A model generated the notes under the pieces. The model did no database searches and was not told the origin of the DNA. It saw only the letters and a program-made list of their open reading frames with translations. The position numbers were made by a program, and so were the translations under genes. DNA of 64,000 nucleotides from NCBI GenBank assembly GCA_051362555.1, contig CM120642.1, positions 12,462,001 to 12,526,000 on the forward strand, given 5' to 3'. This document shows positions 11,297-24,541 of the stretch, in pieces. The stretch is from Lingula anatina. Its lineage: Eukaryota > Animalia > Brachiopoda. Position 1 is the stretch's first letter, and each line of letters opens with the position of its first letter.

Positions 11297-11791
11297 ATGA
11301 ACTTCGACGAATTTCTTAAAATTCTAGGCGAGTTTGGTTCGTACCAAAAGCGAAGATATGCCTTGATATGCATAATGGCGTGTTACTCCGTATTATCTAC
11401 ATTAGGCATAGTGTTTTACGGCGCCGAACCTGAACACCATTGTAAACTACCTACGTCACAGGTGGAACACGTGACCAAGCTGTATGGAAACGTCACACGT
11501 GACGAGCTCTTAGAGCTGTTTGTACCGTACACGAAGGAAGGAAAACGAAGTGGTTGCGCACTGTATCGCTTTGACCTAGGGTCCATGAATTCAACAGTCA
11601 TCGCATTGCTGAAGAATAGTTCCCTAGGTGGGGATACTGTAGATGAAATTGTATCAACGATGAATTATACGCTTGATAATGACCCAGATATTATCTGGAA
11701 TCTTACTCTTGGAGAGAGAACCGACGCCCATCCTTGTCCTGGCCAAAGAGAGTACAGCAAGGATATCTATAAATCCACCGTTGTTTCTGAG
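11297..11791 (+). CDS. SLC22 B first coding exon
   Basis: ACAATGA start context; ends TCTGAG|gtaaac; TM1 plus large glycosylated loop. Confidence 0.93.
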
Positions 11792-14700
11792 GTAAACTAC
11801 TTTTCGTATTTACAGTCGCTGTGCTAGTTTTGTTATGATTGTTGAACTTGTTTTGTAGATGAACCCTCATTGACATTAAATCCCACATCAGTCATCAAAT
11901 TATTATTGAAACATCTACTTGAAAGCAGTTGTTGAGACTATGATATTTTTGTACCGGAATAATTTTCAATAACAGGTAGATTTTTTTGTTTTGTTTTGTG
12001 TTGAAAAAATAATTGATTGCATTCCAATTCCAGTTTGACCTTACGTGTGAGAATGCTTGGCAACTCAGCACGTGCAATTCTGTATTTTTCGGCGGTAAAC
12101 TGGTGGCCTTGCTGGTAGCGGGCGTGATGTCGGATCGGTAAGGTAGCTACGTGAATAGTTGACCGCTTTTATTTATCTTTTTTTCTAATTTGAAATCAAT
12201 TAATTCAAGAATATCAGCAAATTTGATGGTATTTTAATATTAAACTATTAAAATAGTTATTTTAATAAAGCACATACTTTTCACAGAAAACACGCCTTCA
12301 ACTGCTCTACAAACGCAAACAGACGTTATCGACAGTCCTGTTTAAGGTGCAGATGGAAGTCAATATCGCTTTAAATGACATAACCTTTCTACAAATGTTT
12401 TTTTTTTTTTTTTTTTCAGGTTCGGACGCCGTCCAGTTTTTCTGGTGAGCGTAATACTTCTAGCAGCCTCTGGGATTTCGCTGGCGTTTGCCCCAAATAT
12501 GGCGGTGTTTTCCGTACTTTACGTTATCCAGGGTGCAAGTGACGCCAGCATGTATATGACGCTGTATACCATGGGTAAGTGTTAAAATGGCGTGGTCTTA
12601 TACATTCAGCATTGAATTCATGTATTCAAAAACGGTTAATGAACAACAATTGACCAACTAATTATTAGTATAAAACGATAAAATGCATATGTACACTTAC
12701 ATCGATCCTTTTTATCTTAAGACCAACTAATAACTGCATCTTAAGACCAACTAAAATCATTTGGTTACTACAAATATATCTGTAATTTGCATAGAGTGTA
12801 ATATATTTATATAGATGATAGCGTTACATGACACCGACCAGGTGCTATATTGCCCGTTCTCTTCATGCGTACGAGTTAAACTCTCTAAATTGCGAGTGCT
12901 CAAATTTATTTACCTTGTTTTTTCCTAGAAATATTAAAAACACAAAATTATAATCACGTTGTTAACTGAATTCAGTACCTCCGCTACATGGAGACCATTC
13001 GACCAACATTGGGTAATTTCGTACGTGCGACAGCACACCAAATCCTACGTCGTTGCTAGTTGTAGGCTTTTAAGCTAATTAAAATTGGCATAGATAGTTT
13101 AAGTTCTTACTTTATTTTAACTTCGTTGTCCTTACTGCAAAACATTTATCGTAGGGATGGAATTTGTGGGTCCGAGTAAGAGGAAGATCACCGGCTTGTT
13201 TATGACTGTTTGCTTTGGATTAGGCCACTCGCTTTTAGCAATCGAAGCGTACCTGCTCCCAAACTGGAGACATCTAGCTTTGGTGGCAAGTTCACCAGGT
13301 GTTATTTGCATATTCTTTTGGTTGTAAGTAATCTTTTATTTACGTTTGTGTGATTTTTAGGCTGGGAGCCGATTTAATGAAATGAACACTCTTTTATAAA
13401 AGAATTACTATATAATTATATCAATATATAATTTATAGATTGTATTCATTATAATATTGAAGTCAAAGCAGCTCCGTGTTCATGCACTTGCTGGTTAAAC
13501 GAAATATGAATTCAGATATGTCCACTAGACAAGTGTTCTCTTTAACCGGTTACTAAATAATGATTGCCGTTTTTTTTTTCGTGAGTTGATTTATAATAAC
13601 TTAATTTATCTGAGTTAAAAACGTTTATTATATCAGATTTATTTCTATGTAACAAATGCTATATGTTCTGTATTTAATTTGTTTTTCGGTGTGGCTATTG
13701 AAATTATGGATAGTTAATTTTGCTGTTGGTATAAACTTTATATTTAAAAAACGTGTCCCTTTCTTGTTAGCTTCCTATCAGAGTCCGTGCGCTGGTTACT
13801 AGCACGTGGCAGGCATGAGGAGGCAAAGAAGATCGTTAACAAAGTAGCCGTAGTTAACAAGGTTAAGCTTGAGGAGGCCACATTGGAGCGTCTTTTCACA
13901 GAGGGAGACGAGGAAAAAAAGACATCTACGCACACCCCTATTGACTTGTTGAGAACTTGGAATCGAGCGAAACTAACCATTATAATCATTATATGCTGGT
14001 ATCATTGCTTTTTAATTTAGTTTTTTTTCAGTTTTGTACAAAGTTTATTCACAATAATGTTAAAATGACCCATGGACAGAAATTGTTATGCAGTGCTTGA
14101 AAAAAAAGCTATCACACTGCATATTAGACATCACAGGAAGACATGCGTAGTTCCTTTGTTTTGTCTTTGTCTGTGACATGTTCGACCTTGTATGTTGTAT
14201 TGTGTTGATTCTTTTGTGAACAATGCCTTGTAGTTCTATGGTATTAATCAGGTATTCCCTATATTATTGGTGTTTTTGCCAGGTTAATAAACGACTTATG
14301 CTACTATGGTCTTGCTCTTCACGCCCAGGGGCTTGGTGGCAGCATATACCTGAACTTTGCCTTACTGGGAGCTGCAGACATTCCAGGACATATAGTGGGC
14401 ATGTTCATTTTGGATAAAGTTGGGAGAAGGAAAATTCTGCTAGTGACACTGCTACCCGGGGGAGTTGCCTGTATTGTGTCAGGGTTGCTCACCAAAGGTA
14501 CCCGTTATCTTTCATGTTTTAGTATCGATACGTATCTTTAGAAAGTTTTTTTTAATATTGATAAGTTTTTTTACTATCTTTAATTATTCTTATTGAAAAC
14601 ACGAATTGTTTCGTTTCTTAATTGATGTCTTAGGAGACCCAATAAGACCATGGGATCCCCTAAATATTCTCGTTACGCGCATTAGAACAGGTTCTTTTTA

Positions 14701-15794
14701 TATGTGAACTTCACTATCATTTATCATGAATTTTATTCGCTGAGTTGTGACATTTCTATTGAAATAATGAGAAAATGTGAACATTTTCAGATCTACAGTG
14801 GTTGATAATAACGTTGGCGGTGACGGGGAAGATGTTCATTAGTTTTGCTGGAGACGTGGTACAACTGGTGGCAGCGGAGATATATCCCACTGTTATAAGG
14901 TATTTGTAGACACCACTGGAAACATTCTGTCCCATATACGATCATGTTTATGATTTTTGTTTTATTGTTGTATGCTTAACTTTCAGTCACGGCAAGAACC
15001 ACGTCTCGTGTGTTGGAATTTTTAAAGAAATACAAAGGAACTTGAAAAGACCATGTTTAGTGGTTCAATTCATATCTAATCCAAACTTAGACGATTAAAT
15101 ATTCGTCCAAAAATATCTCTTATTTATAACTTAATTTAATTTCATATATTTATTTATTTATTTATTTATTTTGCATAGACATGTGGGCATTAGTTTCTGT
15201 GCGTCTGTCAGTAGACTGGGTGCCGTTATAGCTCCACAAATCTTAGCCCTGCGACATATATACAAACCACTACCATTCATTGTATGGGGCGTTTTAACGA
15301 TAGCGACTGCATTGCTGCCCTTTCTACTACCTGAAACCCTTGGGCTGTCACTTCCACAAACTTTGGAGGCTTGGGATGCCAGACTGAATCATGGCAGGTA
15401 ACTGTAGGCTCTATGAGTTTTATATGTTTTTTATAATAAAGATGACTCTGTCCAAAAATTGAACTTTCATTTGATTTCTTAGTAAACACCCCTCACTTTG
15501 GTTAACGTTGGTTTTTATTGTAACCATGATGATAAACATGTATGCAAGTACTTTGCAACCTTACATTCACATATCCCATTATCAATTTTCATAACTTGAT
15601 TTTGAAAATTCCGCAAGGCATCAGTGCACTTTCGTATAAAAGGAAGTTTTACTGCTTCTTTTAGCCTTGATGGCGCTGATGACGAAAGTGTTGACCTCCA
15701 GACCAAACAGGAGACGAAAGACCAAAGCGGTGAGGATTGTTACAGAAGTCACGAAGAAGGAGATCACCTGGAACTCGCCCCTATTAACGCGTGA
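11297..15794 (+). CDS. SLC22-family MFS transporter, paralogue B, complete, 607 aa
   Basis: Exons 11297-11791, 12034-12137, 12420-12574, 13155-13323, 13771-13998, 14283-14497, 14791-14899, 15179-15397, 15665-15794 total 1824 nt, with all introns GT-AG and no internal stop. Typical SLC22 start MNFDEFLKILGEFGSYQ, Cys-containing loop (HHC..C..C..STVVSE/FDLTC), SDRFGRR, ESVRWL, EIYPTVIR, LPETLG. Confidence 0.95.
12034..12137 (+). CDS. SLC22 B exon (104 nt)
   Basis: ttccag|TTTGACCTT...GATCG|gtaagg; FDLTCENAWQ..GVMSDR. Confidence 0.92.
12420..12574 (+). CDS. SLC22 B exon (155 nt)
   Basis: polyT-cag|GTTCGGACGC...ATGG|gtaagt. Confidence 0.93.
13155..13323 (+). CDS. SLC22 B exon (169 nt)
   Basis: cgtag|GGATGGAA...TGGTT|gtaagt. 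Confidence 0.92.
13771..13998 (+). CDS. SLC22 B exon (228 nt)
   Basis: gttag|CTTCCTATCAGAG...TGCTG|gtatca. Confidence 0.92.
14283..14497 (+). CDS. SLC22 B exon (215 nt)
   Basis: gccag|GTTAATAAAC...AAAG|gtaccc; LINDLCYYGL..DKVGRR. Confidence 0.92.
14791..14899 (+). CDS. SLC22 B exon (109 nt)
   Basis: tttcag|ATCTACAG...ATAAG|gtattt; GKMFISFAGDVVQLVAAEIYPTVIR. Confidence 0.92.
15179..15397 (+). CDS. SLC22 B exon (219 nt; reads to stop at 15401 if unspliced)
   Basis: catag|ACATGTG...GGCAG|gtaact. Confidence 0.92.
15665..15794 (+). CDS. SLC22 B terminal exon (acidic tail SLDGADDESVDLQ...ELAPINA*)
   Basis: cttctttttag acceptor, in phase, open to TGA 15792-15794; purine-rich, coding-like composition. 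Confidence 0.8.
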
Positions 15795-15820
15795 CATGCA
15801 GTGTATATCAGAAACAGTCA

Positions 15821-15863
15821 AGTGTTAACGACAATTACCTCAGTGTTAACGACAATTACCTCA
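15821..15863. repeat. 21-bp tandem duplication just after the SLC22 B stop
   Basis: AGTGTTAACGACAATTACCTC x2. Confidence 0.9.
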
Positions 15864-15902
15864 AGGACTGGTGTACAAAAACTGAAGATCCGTTATTGTT
15901 TT

Positions 15903-16083
15903 CTGGCCCCTGTTTCACAAAGAAACTTTAGCCCGGTTTCCTGGCTAACATTGTTGTTACCAAGGTTACATGGTCACATGCAGATATTTTACCCTATCAG
16001 GAACAATTTTACAGCACTCTATATCTCATGGACATCATCTGAGTCAGGGAACTGTGTAAAGTTTTTTATGAATTTCGGTCCTG
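15903..16083. mobile_element. MITE in or near the SLC22 B 3'UTR
   Basis: Imperfect TIRs: CTGGCCCCTGTTTCACAAAGAAACTTTA vs rc of the right end CAGGACCGAAATTCATAAAAAACTTTA. Confidence 0.6.
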
Positions 16084-17049
16084 CTGGGACTTGGGCTGAG
16101 AAGGAAAAGAAAACGTGTTATGTTCTTTTGTTTTGTTTCTGTTTTTTAAGACGTTGTCACTTGAGCTTCAAGCAATGCGCGGGTTATTTTGGTACCATCA
16201 TGGAAGGGGAAATGTAATTATTTGACGTTCGTTGACTGTGAACATGAAATAAACGCCATTACATTTACATGTAAATGTTGTTGATACTCCGAACCAGTTT
16301 CCTGTTGAATATAAAAATATCTTCTCTGTTGATGACACCGCGAGAAAATTTCTTCTCCTGTGCTATTTTATGCAATTATTTTTAAAATAATTTGTACAAG
16401 CTGACGACCAAGATGATGTGAAATTCAACAAAATAGTCCACATCAAACTAGATCTATATTACCCTTTACTTGGGTCAAGATTAAAGTCTTAATTCACTTA
16501 CCAATTTTTTCTTTATATTGCAAATAAAGGTGCCTGTTATTGCTATGATGTCTCTTACCACTTCACCGTGACTATAAGTTAAATTTCAGTTCGTGCTAAA
16601 TTTACCCGAGACACGGGACACAAAACGCATAAAGTCGTCATTATGTACACGCAGTTCAGTCTCTAGACCTCCAAATCATTATGTTAGAGCATGTCTAAGC
16701 AAATGTGCACGATTAAATCTGGTAGTGTTAACATTTAAATCTTTGAAACGGACTTAATAACAAAAAAATATTTGCCGAGCGAGTCGCAAATGAAAAAGGT
16801 AAAAGAGAATTTATCAAATGTAGAGCACAAGTTTGGACAATTGTTTGACTTTGTCTCGTTTCGGAGCTACGTGACCCACTGTGCCCCCCCCCCCCCCCCC
16901 CCCAATCACACACGTACTCGCCTTGATTTTACCTTGTAGTGCATTCTGATTCCATAAAGATTGACAGATATCGGTAAAATGCCAATCAAAATGCGCCTTT
17001 TTTAAACAAAATTGGCAGCAGTGAGGGTTAGGGTAGGAGGTTTAACTAT

Positions 17050-17207
17050 GGGCGCATTCAGAGCAAGTTGATATGGCCGACCCACTTGAAAGCTTGCCGC
17101 ATTATCCCCTAATAGACCGGAAATACGCGGTAGGCTTCCGAGTGGTTGGGCCATATTTGATCCGCGCATCTGTTTGTCTGCGGATCAACTTTGTTGTGAA
17201 TGTGGCC
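17050..17207. mobile_element. Fold-back MITE with nested inverted repeats
   Basis: Outer IR GGCGCATTCAGAGCAAGTTGAT / ATCAACTTTGTTGTGAATGTGGCC; inner ~37-bp IR ATATGGCC.ACC.ACT..AAGC.T.CCGC; extra hairpin TTGATCCGC...GCGGATCAA. Confidence 0.75.
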
Positions 17208-20200
17208 TTTGTTTTCACGCTTAACTGGTATTAGTGCTTTTCAAACCCTGCCATTGTCAAAGCTGTTGAACCCGTTGAACAAAATGCTGTAGATATGCAG
17301 ATTGCATATACACAGGCACAACTAACACAATTTTATGGACACCTGGCACAGCTTTCTTCACGGTTGCATGCAAAGAAACTCTTGGTGGCTATAAATAGCA
17401 TCATAATGTTACGACGCTCATTAGATAAGATACACGCATCGGTATTTTTATGGAAGTTACTTATGTTACTTTTTAAATAGACAGGCGTAGCTCCAGAAAA
17501 CGAACGAACAAATAAAGTGTCAAAAGATCGCCGTTTGATAGTTTAGGTAATGTCTAATCCTCATAGAATGTCTTCTTGTTATTCAGTTTAGTTTTTCTCC
17601 GATAAAAGGAAAGGCATGTCTCACCTTTGAAGGGAACCCTGCTACAACTTGTTCTCTCAGGTGTCATGTTCCACGGACAGTTAATATTTCAAGCAGTAAA
17701 CAATGTTCTGATAATTTTTTTACCATCATCTTGATCTATAGAACAGTTCTTAAGATATACGAATGCAAGTTACTCCGATCGATTGGTTGATGCGTTCAAA
17801 GCAGTTCAAAGCGTTCAAATTTGCTCTTAGTTTTCTGGGATATTCACGAACAAATCTAATCTTTATTTCCTTATCTGTATCTCAAAAATACTAACGTTTT
17901 TATCTTTGAATATTTATTTATCTTTAAATCCTTTTTTCCTTATCCGACAGTACTTGCAGCTTTAACGTCTGCATTTGTGACCTTTGACACGAAACACAAA
18001 GTCAGTAAGGCCAAGAGATGTACGGTCCCGACAGGAAAGGCATATAGAGAACCACTAACAATGGGAACTCGGCTCGTTAAAACTAGGGTTAAAACTACTA
18101 CCAGACACTTTTGTTGATAGAGATGTTTAAGTAAACTGTCGGGTTGGGAGTGTTGCTTCGCTTGCGTACGTGCATGTGTGCGCGTGCGCTTGTGTGTTGT
18201 ACATGTAACAAGAAAGCTGTCAGAAGTGCTACAATAATATCGGAGAACCCGGATTTATGAGCGCGTTTTATATGAAATAATTTTCTGCATTGAAACATAG
18301 TAGAGGTTTAGAGGCAATAAGAAAAACTGTCCTTTTTAGTCGAAGCAAAATGATACCGTGTACCTCATATCAGTTGCAATAAAATTATTGAAGAGTTGAA
18401 TTCGGTAGCAAACCATTTATGTCGCAAGTTACGGTTCATGGAGTTCCTTGAATTAAAGTCATTTTGCCAGGTGTTTTACACGTTTTTAATGGCCCCATGT
18501 TTGCAATGGCAATATGAGTTCAAGGTGATGGAAGGAGACGAGAACAATGATGATCCTCACAGCACCTGTTTGGAGGCTTTTTGAAATTGGAATCAGAAGA
18601 TGTGGGAATACCTACACGTTCTGGTAACAGTGAGGGTGGGAGATATCCAGACTGAACGCGTTCCACATTGCTCAGGCAAGACTGAACATGTAAAGGGCAG
18701 ATATGGAACACTCATATCTTTTAAAAGATCCGAAATAAAATTGGCTGGTTGTCTAAAACGGCAATGTTCCTTATTGCCAACCGGTGTAGACCTGTAGTTT
18801 TTTTCTCGTATTTTTTTTCTTTAATTATACTCATCATCTAGCTTTGGTATCATATGTCATGTTTTAACCGACACTGGAACTCCAAAGCCGTTATTCTTTT
18901 CTTTTCTACAGGGATAAAGTTGGTTGTAGTAAATGGAGTAACCCCCTGTGTGTGTATAACCCTGAAACCGAAGAATTTTGTTTAGACACGGAATTCAATA
19001 ATTTTGAAAATGTATCCTCACGCTATATGTTTATATGAAAAATTTTGTCGGAAAGGATGAACAGCCTTTGATATTTTACTAAGATGACTTTTGACTGGGT
19101 ACGTAAACACGCAATGTATTTGCGGTGCCGTGAGTTATCTGGAAAATTACAAATGCAAAAAGAAGCAACTGGCAATCCTTTGGGCTATCAGTTGTTTCTC
19201 AGTTTGAGACTTTTTGATCATCATGAAATCATTATTGTTGGCCTGATACGAAGCATCTCCATTAGGTTTGCGTAAGTGCGCTTTTTCTCAGTCAATTCAA
19301 CGGTTCCGAAGTGTGATTCCGCCCTGAACGTTATAATCGACCACCGCTATGCATGTTTTAATGATGTTTTTCTGACATTTTTGCCGTATTGTTTTCCTTT
19401 CCGTTTCACTGAATGAGCAGCAGTCTTCTAAGAAAAGAATGCATAACGTGCTTTTATTGCTTTGTAGAAATACTGTTTTCAATATTTTCTTGAAAAGAGC
19501 AGTCGTCGGTACACCGTAAGTTTTCAGTATTGCATTGAAATTGCAGACTTAGTGCTAGAATACTAATAAAATTGGCAATCTTGCTTATTATTCTACTTCA
19601 ACAGCAATTCTTCTAATTGTATTATGGACGCAATGCCAGTTTCGATCAGCAAACATGTTATTAGATGTAGACGTATGTATTAAGTATCTATATTGGCACA
19701 TCATGTCCATTGGTACATGTGCACCGTGAAAACATTTATGATAACCAATTTAAATGGTGTGAGCGTATAAAACAGTGGAAATCGAATCCGGCAATTATAC
19801 CGGTTGGTGTGGTCTTAATATGTACGGCAAAACCCCTCCGTATTAAAACTGCTCAAGCCGTGATGTTCGAGTCTGGTAAGGATCAACAATGTAATAGAAA
19901 CTGACGGGAAACACCTTCAAGTATTGGAATGAATTAATGGAATCAAACAGGTCAACCTCGGTTAATTGAAGTGGATTTCGCAGAATACATGCAATCAGAA
20001 TGCAATTGTTCAGCTTATTCTGCCAGTGTTACCACTGATAACGGTGGATATGGAGTTGTTTAGAGTATGTTTGCATTGCTTTAGTGTTTGTGCGTGTGTG
20101 TGAAGGCTTGTGTGTGTGATCCATGTAATATACATTCAATTGTCAGTGTTTACAGTCCAATTTAAATAGTCAATATATTATATACGACGTCAAGTCATGG

Positions 20201-23200
20201 GCTAGATTTAATGTTCAGATTTTTCTGTAGGTCCTGGTAAGATAGCAATGTTGACGATAGAGACATCTGTAGAGGAATTGTGAACTTGGTCTCTGATGAT
20301 AACGATGAAGGTGGAGATTTCGCCTTTTATTTTAATAAAAAGTTCACGTGCGCGCGCGCGTGTGTGTAACTGCTATACTGTTCATTTTACTGATCGTAAC
20401 TTTATACAAGGTTACAAAATAAAGAAGATATGGGTTTTTCTCTTTCTTGGGTGAGAGCCTTAGGAGTTAAGATGAAAAGAAAAGGTAAAAACAGTAAAGC
20501 CAAAGTAAATACAACTGGCTTTGGCCCGGCATCTATCAAAATTCGCCCTTTGACACAATGGACAGAATGGCCTTACTGCACAGTTCACAAAAACATCAAA
20601 TAAAAACAAAACGCGGTGTACGATTCACCAAAGCAGCTAGAGCTCATTTGTGAGTTCATAATATCCCAAAGGGCCTCGGAGTTTAATATTCGCCAAATCT
20701 CTAATCGAATTGGCTACAACTGGGGAAAACACCAGCAAAATTAGACTGCAGTTGTTTTATTTAATATCCACGTATATGTTATATCTGACCATTACCGAGT
20801 ACATATCTTTCTTCCTCCCTGTTGGTATCGCTTGTCTTGTAACATATTGTTCTTCTCGCAAAACCAATCAAAATCCATAAGTTATCATTCCCCGAGCCAC
20901 GCTGATCGATACGGACTACATTTTTGCCGATAAATCCACTCTTGCAGTATAGCTAAGAAACTTCACACGGGGAAACTAAATTCCTTGAAAATCGTTATAT
21001 TTCAAGGCAATAAACTGGATGAACAATGATATAAAGACTTGTACATCCAGGATTAAGAACCTTTAAAATCAAAGGATTTTTTTGTTTTGTCAATTGAAAG
21101 AAAATGGAAGCAATCCCCACTCTCTTGGAAATAGTGACAGGAAATAGACATTGCACTCGACCATTTGACTGCCCTTTCCTAGGATTACTTACAAGGAACT
21201 GTTAACATGGACGCTGTTGGGACAATTGTGTATCAGTAAGATCACTGATGTCTTTGACGTGGCGGCGAATGGCTTAGACGGAGGGTGTCAGATAAAAGAT
21301 CACATTAACTGAAGACGAAAATATCTTCTTTTAATTAAACAGACACAATGCCTTCACTGGTGTCTCCAATATACGCCATCAAAATTCGGAATATGTTCTA
21401 TTCGAGTTTCAGTTTGCAGTAATCCTTTCTCACTATTTCACTTCTTACTTTATTGTTTGTGTCTAAATATGTGCAGAATGTGATGTATACCATGTATATT
21501 TTGAAGGCGTAGGTGAAACTAAATCAAACATATTACTACAAGAGCTTTCTTATACCTACCGAACAAAAACGCATTATTTACTATGTATGTTTGAGAGGCA
21601 GAGAGAAAAGAAACAATCTCTCGTGTTATGAACCACGCTGAGGGTGGTGTTGTAAGGCTATTTCATTCACTATGAACACTCATTTATTTTTTAGACATAT
21701 GACCCTGCATAATCTTATAACTCCGCGTCCATGGCAATCATATTCAACAGCGTATTTCAAATTCGGGTTCAAATAACCTCAAGCAGACATGTGCGTGATC
21801 TAGGAAAATCACCATATTGTAATATTGTCAGGTTTGTTCCCAGGCTGTATAGTATAACAGTGATGAACTTTGGCATATTTGCTCACATGGTGACTTTTGT
21901 ACTCATTATTTAGGTAACTAATGAGGGCAGTGTTCTTATTAATCTTGACCTCATCAATCCAGGAGCCATCATAATGAGGCCTTGGGATTTTTTCTATTAG
22001 TTTACCAACATTAGTATGAGTAAAAATTAAAACCTGTGAACAATGTATTGAATTAAACAAAAAATTAAGTATAATATTGATTTTTGTGTTGGTTTTGATA
22101 TGATTTTAAACGTTACCTATAGGTAAAACAAATTGCATGGTTATCTGACCCTTTAAGTCGTAGAGATGGGGCGTTTAACGTCAAATCCACAAAGAAACAT
22201 ATTAGTTGCACATATCATTAGTATTAGTATCATTAGTAACTATTTATTTAGTTAGTTGTTTACAGCCTCTTTTCTGGAATAAACCCGACAACATGCAAAT
22301 TATCGAACAGGGACGCTCTCTTAAGGCAGTAGCAGGTAAAGTTCACGATTGTGATCAAGATAAAACGCTACTTCGAAGTAATCAATCAATAGCGTGACTA
22401 TATCCAGGCTTCTCGTCGGTTAATTAAGGACCTAACGTAAAATCATGTGTTAAATGTGTTCATATTTCTTCCCATTCACTGGTGGATATCTCTGCCCGCT
22501 GAGGACACAGCATTTAAGGCGTCCCGGGACCAAACCATCTGAGGTTACTTCAACGAAAAACACGTCTTCTGGGGAATACACTGCTTACTTAAGCGTGTAT
22601 AGATACGGAATTACATTTCTTTTCATTTTTTTTTTCTTTCCAGAAATTCTGAGGTTAATCGCTTCAACTTTCTCCGGCGTTTAAAGAAAGAATAGGGGAC
22701 TGTATTTTGTTGAACTGGCGTTTTGAATGTTAGAGCGTTTTTTTATCGTCTCCGATAAACAGGTTTCAGACATCTATATACTAGCAGCTTAACGGTGTAG
22801 TCATGGTAACTTTAATTACAGGTGATTTTAATATTGAGGAAATATAACCTATTCAATGACCTCTATTCTAGAGAGGAATACCACACAAGTAGCGTTTCAA
22901 ACAATTCCCCCATATTTCATCTCAGTACATAGTTTATGGAGTCATGCACACAACAGGTGAAAAAAGAAGACTTGCAGTGTAAAGCGTGTTATAAAAACCA
23001 TCCACCTATTCCAAAAACACGAATACGCTTTAATGTCGATAATTCAATAAACATAGCATGAAAAAAAAACAATGTATATTCATAATTTCTTTTTTACTCC
23101 AACAAACCAATTTTTGAATTGTACATGGTAAAACTATTTTCTCAACTCCGTGAACCTGGTCATAAAAAACAATCAACCTAAAATACATAAAACAGTAATA

Positions 23201-24541
23201 TGTTATATAGTAGTGATGAATACAACACATTGAGCAGTGGTTTCTTAGTTGGATTAAAAGTTAAAACTGTTTCGAATCTGATATAAGTCTGACGATGTCC
23301 AATCTTAAGCCTAGAATTTAGGTAAAAATCAGTAATATCTTTTAAAATGGATAAAATGCTGAACCAGAGTTCATTCACGTAATTTGTACAGAATTTTCAC
23401 ACACACAAAAAGATAAATGAATTAACTTTGAACGAAGTGCATGTAAGAAATCTTCATCTTAGAATGAGCGTAGGAGAAACTTATTATTATTTTTTGTGCT
23501 TACTCCTACCAGCCAAAATTCTACCTCAGTATTTTTCCGAGCAAGTACTTTATATTTTTAATAAAAATTAAACATTTGTGGTTTTTCTCTCAAGCCGCCC
23601 TTCGCTGTGATATGTCACTCATGGGCTTTAGAATCAAAATGGGTTTAACTTAGATCCAGTCGCAAAGCATCTTAAGATAAGTTTTCGTGACGCGCGCAGG
23701 TGTCACCAAGAACGCTAATATTCCTTGGCACTTACGATGACCGTGGTGGCTTAAGTACACTAACCCACACGTTTGACGTAGAAATCTGCAGTGTGGTCAT
23801 GCTATGAATATACCTTGCAGTTATTTTGCTTGTAGAGTATCATGGCGGCGAATCCGTCACTTTGTACAGCTTTTAAGTTATGAAGTTATTATCCGCAACC
23901 CCTACTTTGTAACAATGAAAATTTGATGAAGTACAGGGTTTTCCTTTTCTGAGATACACATACTACCGAAAGGCGTTTTGTAAGATGAGTTTTACCTGAT
24001 TCGCCACAGATTGCATTTATATATCTTAAATTTATCATTAATGACTTATTTTCCAGATAAAAGCATCACCGTTCCCGCTGTAATACTCTAAATATATATA
24101 AACAATATCACAAAGACCACTACTACTTTATACCAGATTTCACATGTACTATTTCGTTATCCTATCGACTAAATTTACACTTTGAGCTTGTTGAATATGT
24201 AAGCTTATAGGAGGTTCAATATGAGCCTCCCAATCGTCGTGAAATCTTCATAAAATTTCTCATACCTATGCACTATGTTAACACCTATGCACTGTACGCA
24301 AGCTATTCAAAGTTGAGCATTTAGTCCACAAAGTTCGTGTTGACTTTGTTCAAAATAAATGTAACAGCTACCTGTAACAACATTCTAATATTTACCAAAA
24401 AACTATAGACACGTTTCAGCAAACATAACACGAGGCAAGCTCTGGCGTCATGGTTTTCTGCATTACATTATGACATTATCATTTCAAGATGATGTCATTT
24501 GATTGCGTCATCACATGGTGGAGCATCACAACGTGACGTCA

